Under the pieces are notes generated by a model. It was not told the DNA's origin. It ran no database searches and saw nothing but the letters and a program-made list of their open reading frames with translations. Shown piece after piece: positions 50,027 through 52,984 of a stretch of DNA of 52,984 nt; within the stretch, counting starts at the first letter, position 1; each line of letters starts with the position of its first letter. The stretch lies in NCBI GenBank assembly GCA_051941275.1, contig JAVEBF010000018.1:1-52984 (forward strand), read 5' to 3'. The DNA is from Dirinaria sp. TL-2023a (Eukaryota). A program made the position numbers and the translations under genes.

Positions 50027-51536
50027 GGGGCTTTCCCTACGGCTATTATTATTTGGAGCTTAGAGAAGTGGTGTTAAGGCATCTATCCATCCTCACAGCA
50101 CAAAGCCTGATCTTGCTGGCACATATCTGACGATCCTTCAGGAAAGCCAGGCAAAGCTCCCGACCGGCTGCCCAGCGGGCAATTGAGAGGCAGTGTCGGT
50201 GCGAACAGCACCCGGCGTCTGCCCCCGTTGCCGGTGGAGGGTTTTCCAAGGCGCACAAAGGCCGCTATGTCTTCTTTGTGCGCCTTGGAAGGGGGCGTGA
50301 AGGCTCAATGCTTCACGCCTTCGAGCACTACTCTTAAGCTCACTCAGACACAACCGCTGGGCAACGTTCCCCGCAAAGATACTGAAAAGGAAAATAAAAA
50401 TAAACCCCCCGTTGTATAATCAATAAGGCTTTTCGATGTCTTCCGAACCACCATGGTCATTCTAGTATCACTGAGCAGTACCCTGCGAATAAACCCAGCG
50501 ACGTTTCTGGCTGCCAGTGGGTCTTTAGGAACACGTTCAGCTCGCTTGGCAGCAATATCTGGCAGTCCTTCAAGCATTCACAAGGTATGGCTCTTTAGAT
50601 GCAACTCTGCCGAACCTCTCAACTCTTGATCATTCGTTTGCTCACATCTTCACAAAAGGGGATACTGATGCTTTGGCAGCTTCCACTTGGGACGAGGACG
50701 ACAATGCAAGCCGTGATCAAACACGCAGAATATCATTGGCCCACTTGCACAGTTGAGGGCTACACGCCTACAATACTATGAGGCTGATACCTGGCGTGGG
50801 TGTGGTGGGCGCAAAATATCCTTCCGAAGTGCAACTTGGACACAATTGAGGAAGCTTAGAGAGGAGATGCGAGGACCTCATATACCTCGCTGGATTACTT
50901 CTACGGGCCTTGATGGCACTTTCGACCGCCCCGGAATATCACAAGTGCTACTGGGTGCTCAGTGACACCTAGATATGGCGTAGACTGTGAGGAGATGCCT
51001 CAACACTGCATATCTGCGACCCTAGACTCACTCAAGGTCAGAGTAGACACGTGGCATCAAGAATGACTCCCTTTGTCAACCTAGGAAAAGTCATCGGACA
51101 CTTACGCAACTCCGCGGCACCCTGCTTCCAAACCACTAGGAACGTAGGCCTGATCCTCAATCCTATCTTATGCTCGCCTCAAATATAATTCGATCCTGAT
51201 ATAATCTTGTAGCGTTGATATCCTCTATAAGCACTAGGCAATCAAGATGGACAACTGCTTGCGAAATGCTAATGACATCAGACACTGTGTCAACCCCTGA
51301 CCATAGGACTCACTTTCCGGTGTCCAGCACCAGAGATGCCTGATATCAACCACGAATTGAGCATGACGATATTCTCTTTAGGTGAAGGCAATCACAACAC
51401 ACGAATATCTTGGAGTCGGCGCCTAGCAATGGAAGAATTCCTTTTCAGCAACTGTATTTTGAACAACGAGACACATCAAATTATGGTTGAGTCATAGGTT
51501 ATTGTTATTGAGGCACGTCTCTCTAGAGTAAATGGA

Positions 51537-51769
51537 ATGTTTCAATGCAAATGCTCTTTGCCATTCAAGGCCATTGTTGCTGGTCTCGCTCTTCTCTTCG
51601 CTTTTCTTCTTTTTTTTCCTCCAAGCATTTTTATAGTAAACATACTTACTATAACAATTTCATTATACCTCCAACAACAACAATCATTTGCACATTTCTT
51701 TTATTCAACATGGTTAGTTTTGCCGCTTGGGGTAAAACTTTGCCCAAAAAAGGGGGGGACGAGCTGGCC
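51537..51769 (+). repeat. Dispersed direct repeat, copy B
   Basis: Same blocks and order as copy A: identical ATGTTTCAATGCAAATGCTCT start, ACAATCATTTGCAC and GGTTAGTTTTGCCGCTTGGGG. Confidence 0.85.
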
Positions 51770-52735
51770 AGGAATCTTCCGGCTGCTTTTCTCCTAGCTC
51801 TTCTTAATTGTATAACAAATCGCTGTGGTTCATGTACAGAATACTTTTCATAGCTTGAGAATAAGACGCAGATTACACTAGAGAGGTCTTTAGGTCAACG
51901 AGGTTACCTACTTTTGAACTGTCTGTTCCTTCTCTCTGATCTGGGTACTCTTCCTCGAAATCCTTCCAAATGCTTTTCTCACCAAAGTAGCATTGATGTC
52001 CCAATTGAGCTCTGATGAGAGCATGCGATAAATCTTGAGCACGAAAAAAGAGAGCTGACTGTCAATGTAAGTTGTTGTCTCCATCATGGAGACTTTTTAC
52101 TGATTGATCTTTATATTATAATTGAACACCAACAGCTTGTTCATAATCTACGGTGATAGCCTTTCTTAATATCGTTGGCACTGAAATGCTCTTCCTCGTA
52201 ATATTCTCAGCGTAATGACAAGACAATGTTGACCGCTAAAGACTCTGCTGTCAACTGAACATGCGACACTTAAGGTTAGCCCACCCAGTACAAAGGAGTT
52301 CTGTCTCAAGAGTGAGCGGAGGAGAATGCGGCGTCAAATATGTAAGTTAATTGAAACCAAGGATGGAGAGAATATTTATATTTTACTGCTAAAGCCAATC
52401 GACACATCTGATAGTCTCCGAAGCCTACTAAGGAACACTTTCAGAGCAATAGGCCTACGGATGAATTTATAGATATCTTGAGTAAATATTCTACCTGAGC
52501 ACGCATAACGCCTACTAGTCGCCCTCAAATACTTCTCTACTAGCTAAGTCCATGTCTGAGGATATATTGAGCTTCCAGAGAGAGCCGAAGATTCAGCGAG
52601 CAATAAGAGGAGATTAGGGACTACTAGAGTCCTGGCACTTACAGAAAGTTGCAAGTAATCGGGAAGGTACCATAGACAAGCGCCTGCCCAGAAGGCTCGA
52701 AACAGATATCATTGCGACTTCCAACGCTGGGGAAA

Positions 52736-52984
52736 GTGTTTCAAGGCAAGTGCTCTCCCGTTCGAGGCTCTTATGGCTGATCTCGCTCATCTCATCTCTC
52801 CTCTTCTTTTTTTTCCTCTCTTCACGCATTGATATAGTAAGTTTACTTTACTATAGCATAACTTATTGCAACATATCATCACAACCCACAACGCTCGCTG
52901 TTTTATTTTTTTTTTTCCACATTTATTTTTGCATTTTTATTTAAAAATGCCTTTTTATTTTTCCTTTTTCGCAAAGGTGGGGGA
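52736..52984 (+). repeat. Dispersed direct repeat, copy C (more diverged, runs to the window end)
   Basis: GTGTTTCAAGGCAAGTGCTCT...GCTGATCTCGCTC...pyrimidine tract...GCATT..TATAGTAA-N7-TTACTATA...TGGGGGA. Confidence 0.7.

Noticed and set aside
52012..52046. Second CTGATGAG...CGAAA hammerhead-like core
   Set aside because: Stem II has A-A mismatches and no stem I can be formed.
49786..52984. CRISPR or integron interpretation of the three repeats
   Set aside because: The repeats are ~240 bp and diverged, the spacers are 1.0-1.5 kb, the context is eukaryotic, and there is no cas or integrase gene.

Overview
Eukaryotic, intron-containing genomic DNA from a filamentous ascomycete. The short GT..AG introns carry CTRAC-type branch points, and the small secreted protein types suggest a lichen-forming Lecanoromycete (inference only). 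I hand-spliced 12 apparently intact genes: a BBE-like FAD oxidoreductase, two aldo-keto reductases, an aromatic amino-acid ammonia-lyase (PAL/TAL family), a PD-(D/E)XK nuclease-like protein, two secreted effector-like proteins (one a tandem KP4/Ecp2-like duplication), a Pth11-like GPCR, an NmrA-like protein, a ~2126-aa NACHT/TPR NLR-like protein, an atypical intronless kinase and a heme-thiolate peroxidase. There are also three probable pseudogenes. The last ~7.7 kb (45.3-53 kb) has no convincing protein gene. It does contain a ~330-nt densely base-paired RNA-like element (47445-47788), two further strong hairpin clusters, and three diverged direct repeats of ~240 bp that all keep a TATAGTAA-N6/7-TTACTATA inverted repeat. 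This non-coding tail is the best candidate for something undescribed. No CRISPR array, rRNA, intact tRNA or intact transposon is supported. All calls come from reading the sequence by eye; no database searches were run.
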